From contig DIAQ01000098.1 of assembly GCA_002414865.1 (NCBI GenBank), positions 1,039 through 65,038 on the forward strand: a stretch of DNA of 64,000 nucleotides. The letters run 5' to 3'. The position numbers were made by a program, and so were the translations under genes. Within the stretch, counting starts at the first letter, position 1, and every line of letters begins with the position of its first letter. Positions 42,547 through 51,247 of this stretch are shown here, one piece after another. The notes under the pieces were generated by a model, which did not search any database, was not told the DNA's origin, and saw only the letters and a program-made list of their open reading frames with translations. This DNA comes from a candidate division Hyd24-12 bacterium UBA5074. GTDB taxonomy: Bacteria > Fermentibacterota > Fermentibacteria > Fermentibacterales > Fermentibacteraceae.

Positions 42547-43317
42547 TCACGCCCAACCGCCGGCGGGCCGCATCTCCGCCGCCAGCTTCGAAAAGGCTTC
42601 CAGATCCAGCGACTGGTCACCGTCGGAAAGCGCCCGAGCGGGATCCGGGTGGATCTCGATCATCAGGCCGTCGGCCCCGGCCGCGAGGCAGGCCTTCGAG
42701 AGGGGTTCCACGAGATCCCTGCGCCCGGCGGCATGGCACGGGTCGGCGATGACCGGGAACCCTGCCTTGCGGCGTGCTATGACGATCGCAGCGAGATCGA
42801 GGGTGTTCCTCGTCCATGGCTCGATGGTGCGGATGCCCCTCTCGCAGAGGACCACCCTGTCGTTGCCTTCGTTGATCAGGTACTCCGCCGCGAGCAGCCA
42901 CTCCTCTATCGTCGCCATGAAGCCCCGCTTGAGGAGCACCGGCCTGCCGCACCTGCCCAGCTCCGTAAGAAGGGCCGAGTTGTGCATGTTGCGGCTGCCC
43001 ACCTGGAGCATGTCCGCAGCTTCGGAGACCGGACCTATCATGTCCGCGGACATGACCTCCGAGACCACTGGTATCCCGAGTGAGCTGCGGACCGATGCGA
43101 GCATGCGGAGACCCTCGAGCCCCAGGCCCTGGAACTTGTAGGGGGAGGTGCGCGGCTTGAAGGCTCCGCCCCTGAGCATCGAGGCTCCCGCCGACACCGC
43201 CGCCCTGGCGCACCTGTCGAGCATCTCCTCGTCCTCGACCGCGCACGGGCCCGCGATCAGCACCGGCCTGGGTCCTCCGAACTCGACTCCGGCAACTGTC
43301 ACTGGACGCAGAGACAA
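42547..43317 (-). CDS. aroF: DAHP synthase type I-beta, catalytic barrel only
   Basis: IAGPCAVE, RGGAFKPRTSPY, LLKRG, CERGIRT, DP-x-H, E-x-HP-x-P-x-x-ALSD. Confidence 0.93.
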   Translation of the reverse strand: MSLRPVTVAGVEFGGPRPVLIAGPCAVEDEEMLDRCARAAVSAGASMLRGGAFKPRTSPYKFQGLGLEGLRMLASVRSSLGIPVVSEVMSADMIGPVSEAADMLQVGSRNMHNSALLTELGRCGRPVLLKRGFMATIEEWLLAAEYLINEGNDRVVLCERGIRTIEPWTRNTLDLAAIVIARRKAGFPVIADPCHAAGRRDLVEPLSKACLAAGADGLMIEIHPDPARALSDGDQSLDLEAFSKLAAEMRPAGGWA

Positions 43318-43319
43318 GG

Positions 43320-44984
43320 CTACCTCCGTGAAATCGTCTCGATCATGAATGCCAGCATCTCTCTCACGGCATCGTCGGAGACAGGGCCGGGGTTGTGACC
43401 CACGGCGCTGTCGAGCTGCTCCTCGACCCAGTCCGGGTCATAGGGGTCGGAGACCGCTCCCGTGAGGGCCGCCCTGTGGTTGATGAGCTTCACTATCTCG
43501 ATGTCCGTCCTGAGGAGGTCGCTCCTCCATTCCGTGCCCGCCGGCGGCCGCCCCAGCGCAGCCCTGTCCACCTTGCCTCCGGGGGTGCGGGGGAGGTCGG
43601 GGACCATCCTGAAGGTACGCGGGATCTTGTAGTCGTCCAGGAATCCCCTCAGGAAGCTCCTCAGCGAGGCGGGCGAAGGCTCGCAGCCCGGCCGGGGGAC
43701 GACCCAGGCGGCCACGGTCTCCCCCCGCGAGGAGTGGACCTCGCCAGCCACGACCGCGTCGGACACGTCGGGGTGGCGGAGGAGAGCAAGCTCGACCTCG
43801 AGGGGGTACACCTTGAGGCCGGCCGATTTGACAAGACCTCCCCGCCTGCCCACGAACAGCAGCCTGCCGGACGACCTGCGGAAGACGTCGCCGGTCCGGA
43901 ACCAGCCCGACGAGAAACTCTCGGCGGTGGAGACCCGGTCACCCAGGTATCGCTCGGCCACGGCATCGCCCCGGAAGCGCAGCTCGCCCTCCCCGTCGCC
44001 CTCGATCCGGTCTCCGGAGGAGTCGATCAGCTCGGCCTCGTATCCTTCGACGACGGAGGAGAACCCCTCCGTCCCGGGAGCGCCCACCAGCGCCACTCCC
44101 GAGGTTTCAGTGCTGCCCCAGACCGGCGTGACGTCGATCGATGTCAGGGAGCGGAAGAGGGAGAGGAAATCGGACGAGATGTGCATGCCCCCGGCTTCGA
44201 TGATCCGAAGGGTGCCCAGGCCGGCGCCCCGCCTCCCCGCGACTCTGGCGAGGCCTTCGAGCTGCGGCGGGAGACCCATGAGAAAGGTCACTCCGTGCCT
44301 CTCGATCAGGTCGAGGGCCTCCCTCGGGTAGCGCGTTGCGGTGAGCACGCTTGTGCCGCCCAGCAGGAGCGCCCTCGCGAAGAGCTCGTGCGGGTGTCCG
44401 ACCGAGGAGAACAGGGACATGTGGACGTCGCTCCCCGCCAGTCCGAGCGCGGCGCTGATGCCGCGCGTGTTGGCGAGCAGCTGCTCGGAGGTGGTGGCCA
44501 CTATCTTGGGCATGCCGGTGGAGGCTGATGTCACGTTGAGGTAGACCACCGAGGACGGAGCCGGGTCGGGCAGCTCCACATCCCCGGCCGGGACGGGGAG
44601 CGACGAGGCCGGCAGTGCCGGGAAGCCGCTCCAGGCCTGGGGAGGCGCCTCGTCGCAGGCCACGAAGGTCCTGCCCGCGATCCTGGCGATCCTCCTGGCC
44701 ACGGCCCCGGGCCATGACGGGCTGACGGAAAGGAACCGGCAGCCCAGCATCGAGGCTGCGAGGAAATGCACCGGCAGCCACGCGGACTTGGCGCCTGCGT
44801 AGGCAAGCGTGTCCCCCTCCCGGATGCCGGAGGCCAGGAGCGAGCAGGCCACCGCCCGGGAGCCGGCGAGCCATTCCGCGTATGTGAAGGCCCGCGAGTC
44901 GTCGGCCAGGGCTGTCCTGCCCGGGAAACGCTCTGCGGCCGACGCCAGGTATCCGTGCAGGCTACAGGCTGTCGGCCTACTCAA
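43320..44984 (-). CDS. Class I adenylate-forming enzyme with C-terminal chorismate-mutase-like domain
   Basis: TSASTGMPK, WGSTE, FRTGD, KVYPLEVE, PRTPGGK; final about 68 aa resemble AroQ helices; TTG start overlaps upstream gene end. Confidence 0.85.
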   Translation of the reverse strand: MSRPTACSLHGYLASAAERFPGRTALADDSRAFTYAEWLAGSRAVACSLLASGIREGDTLAYAGAKSAWLPVHFLAASMLGCRFLSVSPSWPGAVARRIARIAGRTFVACDEAPPQAWSGFPALPASSLPVPAGDVELPDPAPSSVVYLNVTSASTGMPKIVATTSEQLLANTRGISAALGLAGSDVHMSLFSSVGHPHELFARALLLGGTSVLTATRYPREALDLIERHGVTFLMGLPPQLEGLARVAGRRGAGLGTLRIIEAGGMHISSDFLSLFRSLTSIDVTPVWGSTETSGVALVGAPGTEGFSSVVEGYEAELIDSSGDRIEGDGEGELRFRGDAVAERYLGDRVSTAESFSSGWFRTGDVFRRSSGRLLFVGRRGGLVKSAGLKVYPLEVELALLRHPDVSDAVVAGEVHSSRGETVAAWVVPRPGCEPSPASLRSFLRGFLDDYKIPRTFRMVPDLPRTPGGKVDRAALGRPPAGTEWRSDLLRTDIEIVKLINHRAALTGAVSDPYDPDWVEEQLDSAVGHNPGPVSDDAVREMLAFMIETISRR

Positions 44985-46119
44985 TCTTGTTGCCGCACTC
45001 GGGGCAGAACTTGCTCCCCGGCGACATGTCGGCACCGCACTTGGGGCACTTCACGACCCCTGTCTTCGTCCCGCACTCGGGGCAGAACTTCGCCCCGGGC
45101 GCCAGGATCGCGCCGCACTTGCCGCACGTTGCGGAGAGCGGCTTGCCGCACTCGGGGCAGAACTTGCCCGGCACGACCATCTTCGAGCACGCGGGGCAGG
45201 CCACGAGAGCGGCGGCCGGAGCTGCCGCCGTGGGGGCCGGAGCAGCCTGCTGAGGCTGTCCCCCGCCCATCATGCCCTGTGCCATCATGTTCGCCATCGC
45301 GGCGCCCATGCCGACTCCGGCGCCGAGGCCGACGCCCGTGCCGGCGGCTCCGCCGGCCTGGTTCTGGGCTGCGTCGCTCACTGCGGTGGCGGTCTTGAAT
45401 CGCATGTAGTCGTTCATGTTGCCGAGGGCGGCCATCGAGGTGCGCTCGTCGATGCGCTTCTGGACCTCGTCGGGCGGCGTGATGGCGTTGATGTAGAAGT
45501 CCACGAGCTGGATGCCGTACTTCTCGAAGTCGTCGCCCAGCCTGGCCTTGGCCAGCGTGCTTATCTCGTCGTAGGACTGGGCGAGGTCGAAGATGCTGGT
45601 GAGGGTTTCGCCCATGAGATCGGCCAGCCGGGAGATGATGACGCCTTTGAGATAGCTCTCGACGGCATCGGTCGTGTAGCGGCCCTCCGTGCCCACGAGC
45701 TTGTTGATGAAGAGCTGGCTCTGGGAGACCTTGATGGAGAACTGCCCGAAGGCGCGCAGGCGCACCATGGCCAGTTCCTTGTCACGGAAGATGATGGGTT
45801 CCTTGGTGCCCCACTTCATGTCCGTGAAGGTCTTCTTGTTCACGTAGTAGACTTCGGCGCGGAAAGGCGAGCCTTCCCCCTCGAAGGCCATGCCCGCGAG
45901 CTCGGCGAGGAGGGGGATGTTCTGGGTCGTCAGCGTGTGCCTGCCCGGCCCCATCGTATCCATCGCCTTGCCGTCGCGGAAGAAGACGGCCTCCTGGCTC
46001 TCCCTCACAACCAGCTGGCTGCCTATCCTGAACTCACCCGAACCGGTCTGGGGTTCGCGATGGACGATCTCCTTGCCGGTGTCGTCGAGCCATTCGATGA
46101 TCTCGGGTCGCTTTATCAT
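44977..46119 (-). CDS. SPFH/band-7 domain protein with C-terminal zinc ribbons (YdjI-like)
   Basis: GSQLVVRESQEAVF, GPGRHTL-x-T-x-NIP, KWGT; three C-x-x-C...KFCPECG units. Confidence 0.9.
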   Translation of the reverse strand: MIKRPEIIEWLDDTGKEIVHREPQTGSGEFRIGSQLVVRESQEAVFFRDGKAMDTMGPGRHTLTTQNIPLLAELAGMAFEGEGSPFRAEVYYVNKKTFTDMKWGTKEPIIFRDKELAMVRLRAFGQFSIKVSQSQLFINKLVGTEGRYTTDAVESYLKGVIISRLADLMGETLTSIFDLAQSYDEISTLAKARLGDDFEKYGIQLVDFYINAITPPDEVQKRIDERTSMAALGNMNDYMRFKTATAVSDAAQNQAGGAAGTGVGLGAGVGMGAAMANMMAQGMMGGGQPQQAAPAPTAAAPAAALVACPACSKMVVPGKFCPECGKPLSATCGKCGAILAPGAKFCPECGTKTGVVKCPKCGADMSPGSKFCPECGNKIE

Positions 46120-46140
46120 TCAGGTCCTCCCGGGCTTTCT

Positions 46141-46668
46141 TCAGTCCATGGGCTGGTTGTGCTCGAGATCGATCATCAAGTCTCTCCTCGAGGCCATCTT
46201 CTCGCTGAATCCGAGCAAAAGGCCGATCAGGCCGTCGACATGGCCGCTGATCGTATCGCCGGCTCCGGCTGCCGAATAGAGGGCCTTGACGGCTTCCTCG
46301 ATCGCCTGCACGTCCTCGGCCAGGGCGACATCGAATGCATACAGCTTGTCGAGCTCGTCCTCCTGGACCTTGTGCACATCGAACCAGCCACGGTATCCCC
46401 TGTCGGCGAAGCGGATCTCGTCGGTGACCTTCTCGAGCCGCTTCTGGAGCCTGTCGATGTCGCCCACCTTGGCCAGCAGGTCCGGGCCGTGCAGGCTGTT
46501 GACGGTCTCGCCGACGCTGGTCCTGACCTTCTCCAGCCTCTCGACGAGGAGCATGCGGAACAGCTGGTCGTTGTCACGCCGCTCTTCCTTGCGTTTGTAA
46601 CCCTTGTAGCCCGGAATGAGGCGGATGGCCTTCTCCAGGATGTTCAGGCTCCTCCCGTCTTCGCCCAT
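46141..46668 (-). CDS. Conserved-looking helical hypothetical protein
   Basis: IPGYKGY-x-x-KE-x-RR, A-x-x-GY-x-GWF, L-x-x-LY-x-FD; strong codon bias; GGGGAG RBS. Confidence 0.8.
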   Translation of the reverse strand: MGEDGRSLNILEKAIRLIPGYKGYKRKEERRDNDQLFRMLLVERLEKVRTSVGETVNSLHGPDLLAKVGDIDRLQKRLEKVTDEIRFADRGYRGWFDVHKVQEDELDKLYAFDVALAEDVQAIEEAVKALYSAAGAGDTISGHVDGLIGLLLGFSEKMASRRDLMIDLEHNQPMD

Positions 46669-46731
46669 CTCCCCCGTCCTTTCCGCTGGTGATAGTCCAG
46701 TCCGGTCAAGATACCAATGGCCATATCCGCG

Positions 46732-47739
46732 TCAATGCACCGCATGCGACCTTGCCGTGCGGATGTTGGCGAGGTGCCCCGCGAGGTCCCTTGCGAAGAG
46801 GTGGGTCCCGCTGCCGTCCTCCCTGCTCACGAAGTAGAGGTACCCGGCCGTGGTGTCGGGATCGGCCACCGCAGCCAGCGAGGCCGTGCCGGGCGAGCAT
46901 ATCGGCCCGGGCGGGAGCCCGCCATGCCTGTAGGTGTTGTAGGGGCTGTCGATCCTCAGGTCGGCATAGGAGAGGCGCTCGCGGACCTCGCCCAGGGCGA
47001 ACTGAACCGTGGCGCAGCTCTCCAGGCGCATCCCGGCGCTCAGCCTGAGCAGGAATACGCCGGCGATGGCGGGTCTCTCCGAATCCACCCTCGCCTCGCG
47101 TTCCACGATGGAGGCGAGGACCACGGCCTGCCGACGGGACAGCCCCATCCGCTCGAGGGCAGGATCCCATGCGGGCTCCCACCGCCGCAGTCCGGTATCC
47201 ACGATGGAGGTCAGCACTTCGCGCGCCCCCAGCGAGTCGGCGAACTCGTAGGTCTCCGGGAAGAGGTATCCCTCCAGGCCAGGCGCCCCCGTGAGGGCCA
47301 GCAGCGAGGAGTCGCCGGCAGCCTGCTCGAGCGAGTCCAGCGGGATGCCGAGCGAGGCCGAGAGCGTCTGCAGGCTCTGCGGGAGCGTCAAGCCCTCGGG
47401 CAGGGTCACCCAGTGCGTCGGCACCGGTACGACACGGCCTTCGGCGATCCGCATCAGGATGGTGTCGAGGGGCATGGAGGAGTCGAGGAGATAGGTCCCG
47501 GCCTGGAAACGGTCCGCGACGCCCGTCCTCTCGGCCCTCCAGAGGGCGAAAGTCGACCAGCGCACCAGTCCGGAATCCTGGAGCGCCCCGGCTATCCGCC
47601 CCGCACCCCAACCCCTGGGAACCGGGAAGAGGACCTCCCTCCCGCCGCCGGGCGGAGACGAGACCCAGCGGAAGGAAAGGAGGGCGGCCGCTGCGAGGAG
47701 AACCGCAGCTAGAATGCCGGCGGACGCTCTTGCCTTCAC
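46732..47739 (-). CDS. mltG: Endolytic transglycosylase MltG
   Basis: LEGYLFPETY, ASIVERE, SPYNTY, GLPPGPI, YLYFV; GTG overlaps ruvX stop. Confidence 0.95.
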   Translation of the reverse strand: MKARASAGILAAVLLAAAALLSFRWVSSPPGGGREVLFPVPRGWGAGRIAGALQDSGLVRWSTFALWRAERTGVADRFQAGTYLLDSSMPLDTILMRIAEGRVVPVPTHWVTLPEGLTLPQSLQTLSASLGIPLDSLEQAAGDSSLLALTGAPGLEGYLFPETYEFADSLGAREVLTSIVDTGLRRWEPAWDPALERMGLSRRQAVVLASIVEREARVDSERPAIAGVFLLRLSAGMRLESCATVQFALGEVRERLSYADLRIDSPYNTYRHGGLPPGPICSPGTASLAAVADPDTTAGYLYFVSREDGSGTHLFARDLAGHLANIRTARSHAVH

Positions 47740-48119
47740 GGTATGTGCAGATGTCTCTTGAGGATGCTTACTGCCGCGAGCGAGTCCAGCGCTCCGTCCC
47801 TCTTCCAGCGACCGGGCAGGGAGGCCCTGGCCTCGGCCGTGGTCCCCGTCTCGCGCTCGAGCACGACCTCGAAACCTTCGAGGCGCAGCCGCCCTGCCAG
47901 CGACTCGACCTCTTCGCACAGCTCGGTACGGCGCCCGGATGCCGAGAGAGGAAGGCCGAGGACCACGACGAGGGCCTCGCCTGGCTCGGAGAGGGCATGG
48001 AGTCTCGACAGGAGCTCCGTCCATCCCCCGGACACCGGCTCCAGGGGGAGGACGATCCCTGCGATTATCGAGGCGAGGCCGGTCCTCCTCCTGCCATAGT
48101 CGACCGCGACGGTTGTCAT
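47736..48119 (-). CDS. ruvX: Holliday junction resolvase-like RuvX/YqgF
   Basis: AVDYG-x-RRTGLA, VLGLP, D-x-x-AA-x-x-IL; adjacent to mltG as commonly seen. Confidence 0.88.
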   Translation of the reverse strand: MTTVAVDYGRRRTGLASIIAGIVLPLEPVSGGWTELLSRLHALSEPGEALVVVLGLPLSASGRRTELCEEVESLAGRLRLEGFEVVLERETGTTAEARASLPGRWKRDGALDSLAAVSILKRHLHIP

Positions 48120-48120
48120 C

Positions 48121-49806
48121 TCAGAAGTCCCTGGCGGCCATCGACCTGTACGCGCCGCGCATGGTGAATACGGTCAGCGCGGCGGTCACCGGGACCAGGA
48201 AGAGGGCGAGGAGGGACATGGGCTGAACCATGGCGCGCTCGCGGAAGCCTTCCGACAGGTAGGCCTTCGTGGCCATCGAGAGCGCGGATACGACCACCAG
48301 CACATAGCCCATCGAGGCGAAGGCGGCGATGATCCCCCCCTGCCCGCTGGCGATGCTCGCTGCGCTGTTGTCGTCGAACCTGGGGAAGATCGCCCCCAGG
48401 GAGATGTTTATGCTGACGAGGGCGAAGCAGAGGAGGAGTATCGATCCGAGGGCCTCGGCCATCAGGATCGCTCCGGCTCCCAGCTTCCAGGTCGAGTAGA
48501 AGCCCGTGAGCAGCATGACCGGCAGTATCCCCGTGAAGGACTGCAGCCACTTCGACCTCAGCATGAACCTCCTGGCTCCGGGGACCTGGAGGAGGAAGTT
48601 GAGCCCGGGTCCCTCGAGGCTTGTCGAAGGGAAGCAGAACCTCACCAGCAGGGTCGCTATCACGAAACCCGTGAACGAGATGTTCATGTATACCGCGACA
48701 CCCAGCCAGAGCCGGGAGGCGATGGCCAGGGGGAAGCGGCCCAGGCTCCCGGCGTAGAGCACGAACAGCCCGAGCAGGAGGCCCAGCTGACTGAGCTGGA
48801 CGGGGTCGCGCAGGAAGAGGATGGTGTCCTTCTCCATCATGGCCCTCACGGGTCCGCCGAGCCTGAACACGGGAAGGCTGCGCTCCGGTCTCCCGCTGTC
48901 CCCCGAGACCGCGGAATACATCCTGCGGAAGCCGGGGCAGACCAGGAGAGCTGCCGCGGTGCATACGACGAAGGCTTCGCCCCAGAGCATGAGGGACGCT
49001 CTGATGGCAGTCCCTGCGCCGTTCCCGGAGGCCGCCGAGGAGAGAACGGAGGCGAAAAGCGCCGAGGGCCATGGCGAGTGCCCCGCCTGCGGAAGGCCTG
49101 CCACGAATCTCTGGACGGCGTCCAGCGATGCGCTGGAGTCAGGGATGACGATGCCGGAAGGCTGCATGCCCTGGAAGAACACGGCCAGCCCGGCGGCGGA
49201 GAGGACCACCGCCCCGGCCGCCCCCCTCCTGAGCCCGGTCATGCCTCCCACCCTCGAGAGCAGCGACATCACGACCGTCCCGAGAGCCACGGATACCAGG
49301 ACGAGCGGGATCAGCATCAGGATCCCCGCCAGCGCGGCGGAGGCCGGGCGGCCCGTCTCGGACGCGAAGGCGGCGATGATGGGTATGCCGAGCAGGATCG
49401 TGGACCATCCCGCATAGAACCAGCTCTCGAACATCCTGAAGAGCGCCGCGTGCCCGGCCTGGAACGGCATACCCAGCAGGAATGCGGTCTCGCCGGACCT
49501 GAACAGTGTCGAAGTGCCGCTTATGAGGGACGACACCGCCAGGAAGACGGTGAACGCCATGAAGGCCGAGGAGAGGAGCCGCGCCGAGAGCGCCAGCCCG
49601 AAGTCGGGCGAGGGCAGGGCTACGAGCTGCGAGAAGAGGAACCTGAAGAGCAGGAACATGGCCGGTGCTATGATGGAGAGGGTCAGGGCTCCCGCGAGCA
49701 CCTTCAGACGGTTGCCTTCCCACATCGATGCCATGGCTCCCCGGAGGGAGCGGGCCTTCATGGACAGCAGGAGCGCCAGTACGCGAAGCACTCCATAACA
49801 TAGCAC
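48121..49806 (-). CDS. Putative ABC-2 type exporter permease (start may be 49791)
   Basis: Multi-TM; FLL-x-MP, EKD-x3-FLRD-x-x-Q, SLEG, K-W motifs typical of large ABC-2 permeases. Confidence 0.75.
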   Translation of the reverse strand: MLCYGVLRVLALLLSMKARSLRGAMASMWEGNRLKVLAGALTLSIIAPAMFLLFRFLFSQLVALPSPDFGLALSARLLSSAFMAFTVFLAVSSLISGTSTLFRSGETAFLLGMPFQAGHAALFRMFESWFYAGWSTILLGIPIIAAFASETGRPASAALAGILMLIPLVLVSVALGTVVMSLLSRVGGMTGLRRGAAGAVVLSAAGLAVFFQGMQPSGIVIPDSSASLDAVQRFVAGLPQAGHSPWPSALFASVLSSAASGNGAGTAIRASLMLWGEAFVVCTAAALLVCPGFRRMYSAVSGDSGRPERSLPVFRLGGPVRAMMEKDTILFLRDPVQLSQLGLLLGLFVLYAGSLGRFPLAIASRLWLGVAVYMNISFTGFVIATLLVRFCFPSTSLEGPGLNFLLQVPGARRFMLRSKWLQSFTGILPVMLLTGFYSTWKLGAGAILMAEALGSILLLCFALVSINISLGAIFPRFDDNSAASIASGQGGIIAAFASMGYVLVVVSALSMATKAYLSEGFRERAMVQPMSLLALFLVPVTAALTVFTMRGAYRSMAARDF

Positions 49807-49846
49807 CGACGGCGGAGGCGCGCCTCTTCCCGGCGGCCCGGGCCGC

Positions 49847-50830
49847 CTATCTGACCACGACCACCGCCTGCGTGACCGGGACCTCTCCGGGAGCCTCGAG
49901 CCTGACGAAGTAGACGCCCGGCTCCGCGATCGAGAAGGAGCCGTCGCCTGCGGAGACGGAGCCGCAGGACCTTCCGTCGATGGAGTAGAGAGTCACGACG
50001 CCGCCGCTGCCGGGAGCTTCGGAATGCACGGTGACAAGGCCGCTCGAGGGCGACGGGTGCGCCTCGAGCACCATCCCGCCGGCTGCGGGGTCTTCACCGA
50101 TCCCGGTCTCGAGGAGTTCGCTCATCCTGACCATGTGCGAATTCAGGATCTCGGCGGTCGCAATGGACTGGACGAACGTCGTCAGGTAGAGCTGGTCCCA
50201 TTCCCATGACGGGTCCACCAGGTAGTCGACGTCGAGGAGGATCGTCTCGGGTGACGAGGAGAACGACACCGTCGTCCCATCGGATCCGAATAGATTGTCC
50301 CGCAACGCATAGTTGAAATCGACCCCCTGCGTCGCGAAGGTGCCCGTGCCGGGGATCCCCGATTCGCTGACCATCGCGTGGACGGTGGCCTCGGTATCCA
50401 TGCCCATGTCGGTCGACAGGCTGATGGTCAGCGTTCCGGACGAGGGCGACGACGCCTCCGAGGCCTCGACGCCGATCCCCACGTGGCAGGGCACAGCCAT
50501 CCTGGTGCTGAAGTAGTCAGGGATCGTCTCGAGAGGCCAGGCATCGTAGAGGCCGTCGATCATGATCGTCGGGAACGCCGAGATGCCGTAGAAGTCCAGC
50601 CTGGCCTGATGGTCGGCGGGATCCGCGGCATAGACAGGGTCGCTCGAGCTCCCGTAGTGGATCGCCACGAGAGCGGCCTGGCCGGGATGGTCATCCAGGA
50701 ACTGCTCGACAGTGACCGCACTGCCAGGGCAGGAGCCTCAACCGTCCCAGGTGAATTCCTCGAACATGACGCATCTGTCCGCCGCCGAGGCCAGCGCGGA
50801 CAGGATCAGGAACGCAGGCAGGAAACGCAT
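49847..50830 (-). CDS. Secreted Omp28-like thioredoxin-fold protein with in-frame TGA (candidate selenoprotein, U-x-x-C) and C-terminal T9SS/FlgD-like domain
   Basis: AAGGAGGT RBS, ATG 50830, signal peptide, then VMFEEFTWDG-TGA-GSCP in frame with ORF 49847..50668 (AIHY, YGISAFPT-x-x-IDG cis-Pro motif, TFVQ; CTD P-SP...YSIDGR...GVYFVRL). Confidence 0.85.
50702..50732 (-). promoter_or_regulatory. Candidate bacterial SECIS hairpin
   Basis: Downstream of TGA (50738-50740): CUGC..GGCAGUG-CGGU-CACUGUC..GCAG; 7-bp upper stem, G-containing 4-nt loop starting 19 nt after the UGA. Confidence 0.7.
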
Positions 50831-50902
50831 CCAGGACCTCCTTGAACCAGCATCCGTGCTGGAGGATGGGCGCAACCCCGTCCGGACCGGGGATGCGTCC
50901 GG

Positions 50903-51247
50903 TCAGCGCTGCCGAGCCATCCCGTCGAGCTCCTCCCGGGCCTGCGGTACCATCGCGAGGAACTCCCCGATGGTCGGGCAGGCCTGGTAGTCCTCGCAGG
51001 CGCCGCAGCCCGCAACGCCCCTCGCCATGCCGCACATCCGGATGCCGCACTCTCCGCAATGCCCGATGTGCCTGCCCTCGACGACTGTGCAGCCCACGCA
51101 GTCGATCTCCGAAGGCGGGATGTCGGAGGAGTACATCTTCGACCACTCCTCAGCGGTCCTGGCCCTCAGCTCGTCATCACCTGTCAGCCTCGCCACGTAT
51201 GCGGGACACTCCGAGCAGACCAGACCGCAGTACGAAACCAGCTTCAT
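50903..51247 (-). CDS. DUF3795-like Cys-rich protein
   Basis: YCGLVCSECP, C-x-GC, C-x-x-C-x-IR-x-C, CGAC-x5-C; ATG overlaps MATE stop. Confidence 0.85.
   Translation of the reverse strand: MKLVSYCGLVCSECPAYVARLTGDDELRARTAEEWSKMYSSDIPPSEIDCVGCTVVEGRHIGHCGECGIRMCGMARGVAGCGACEDYQACPTIGEFLAMVPQAREELDGMARQR

Noticed and set aside
44993..45165. Three exact 20-nt direct repeats CCGCACTCGGGGCAGAACTT (44993, 45071, 45146) with CRISPR-like spacing
   Set aside because: They encode the repeated KFCPECG zinc-ribbon motif inside the SPFH gene, spacing is a multiple of 3, and no cas genes are present.
50738..50740. Genome-wide TGA reassignment (Trp/Gly) as the explanation for the in-frame TGA
   Set aside because: TGA is the normal stop of many conserved genes here (gap, pgk, tpiA, purC, alaS), often in ATGA/GTGA overlaps.
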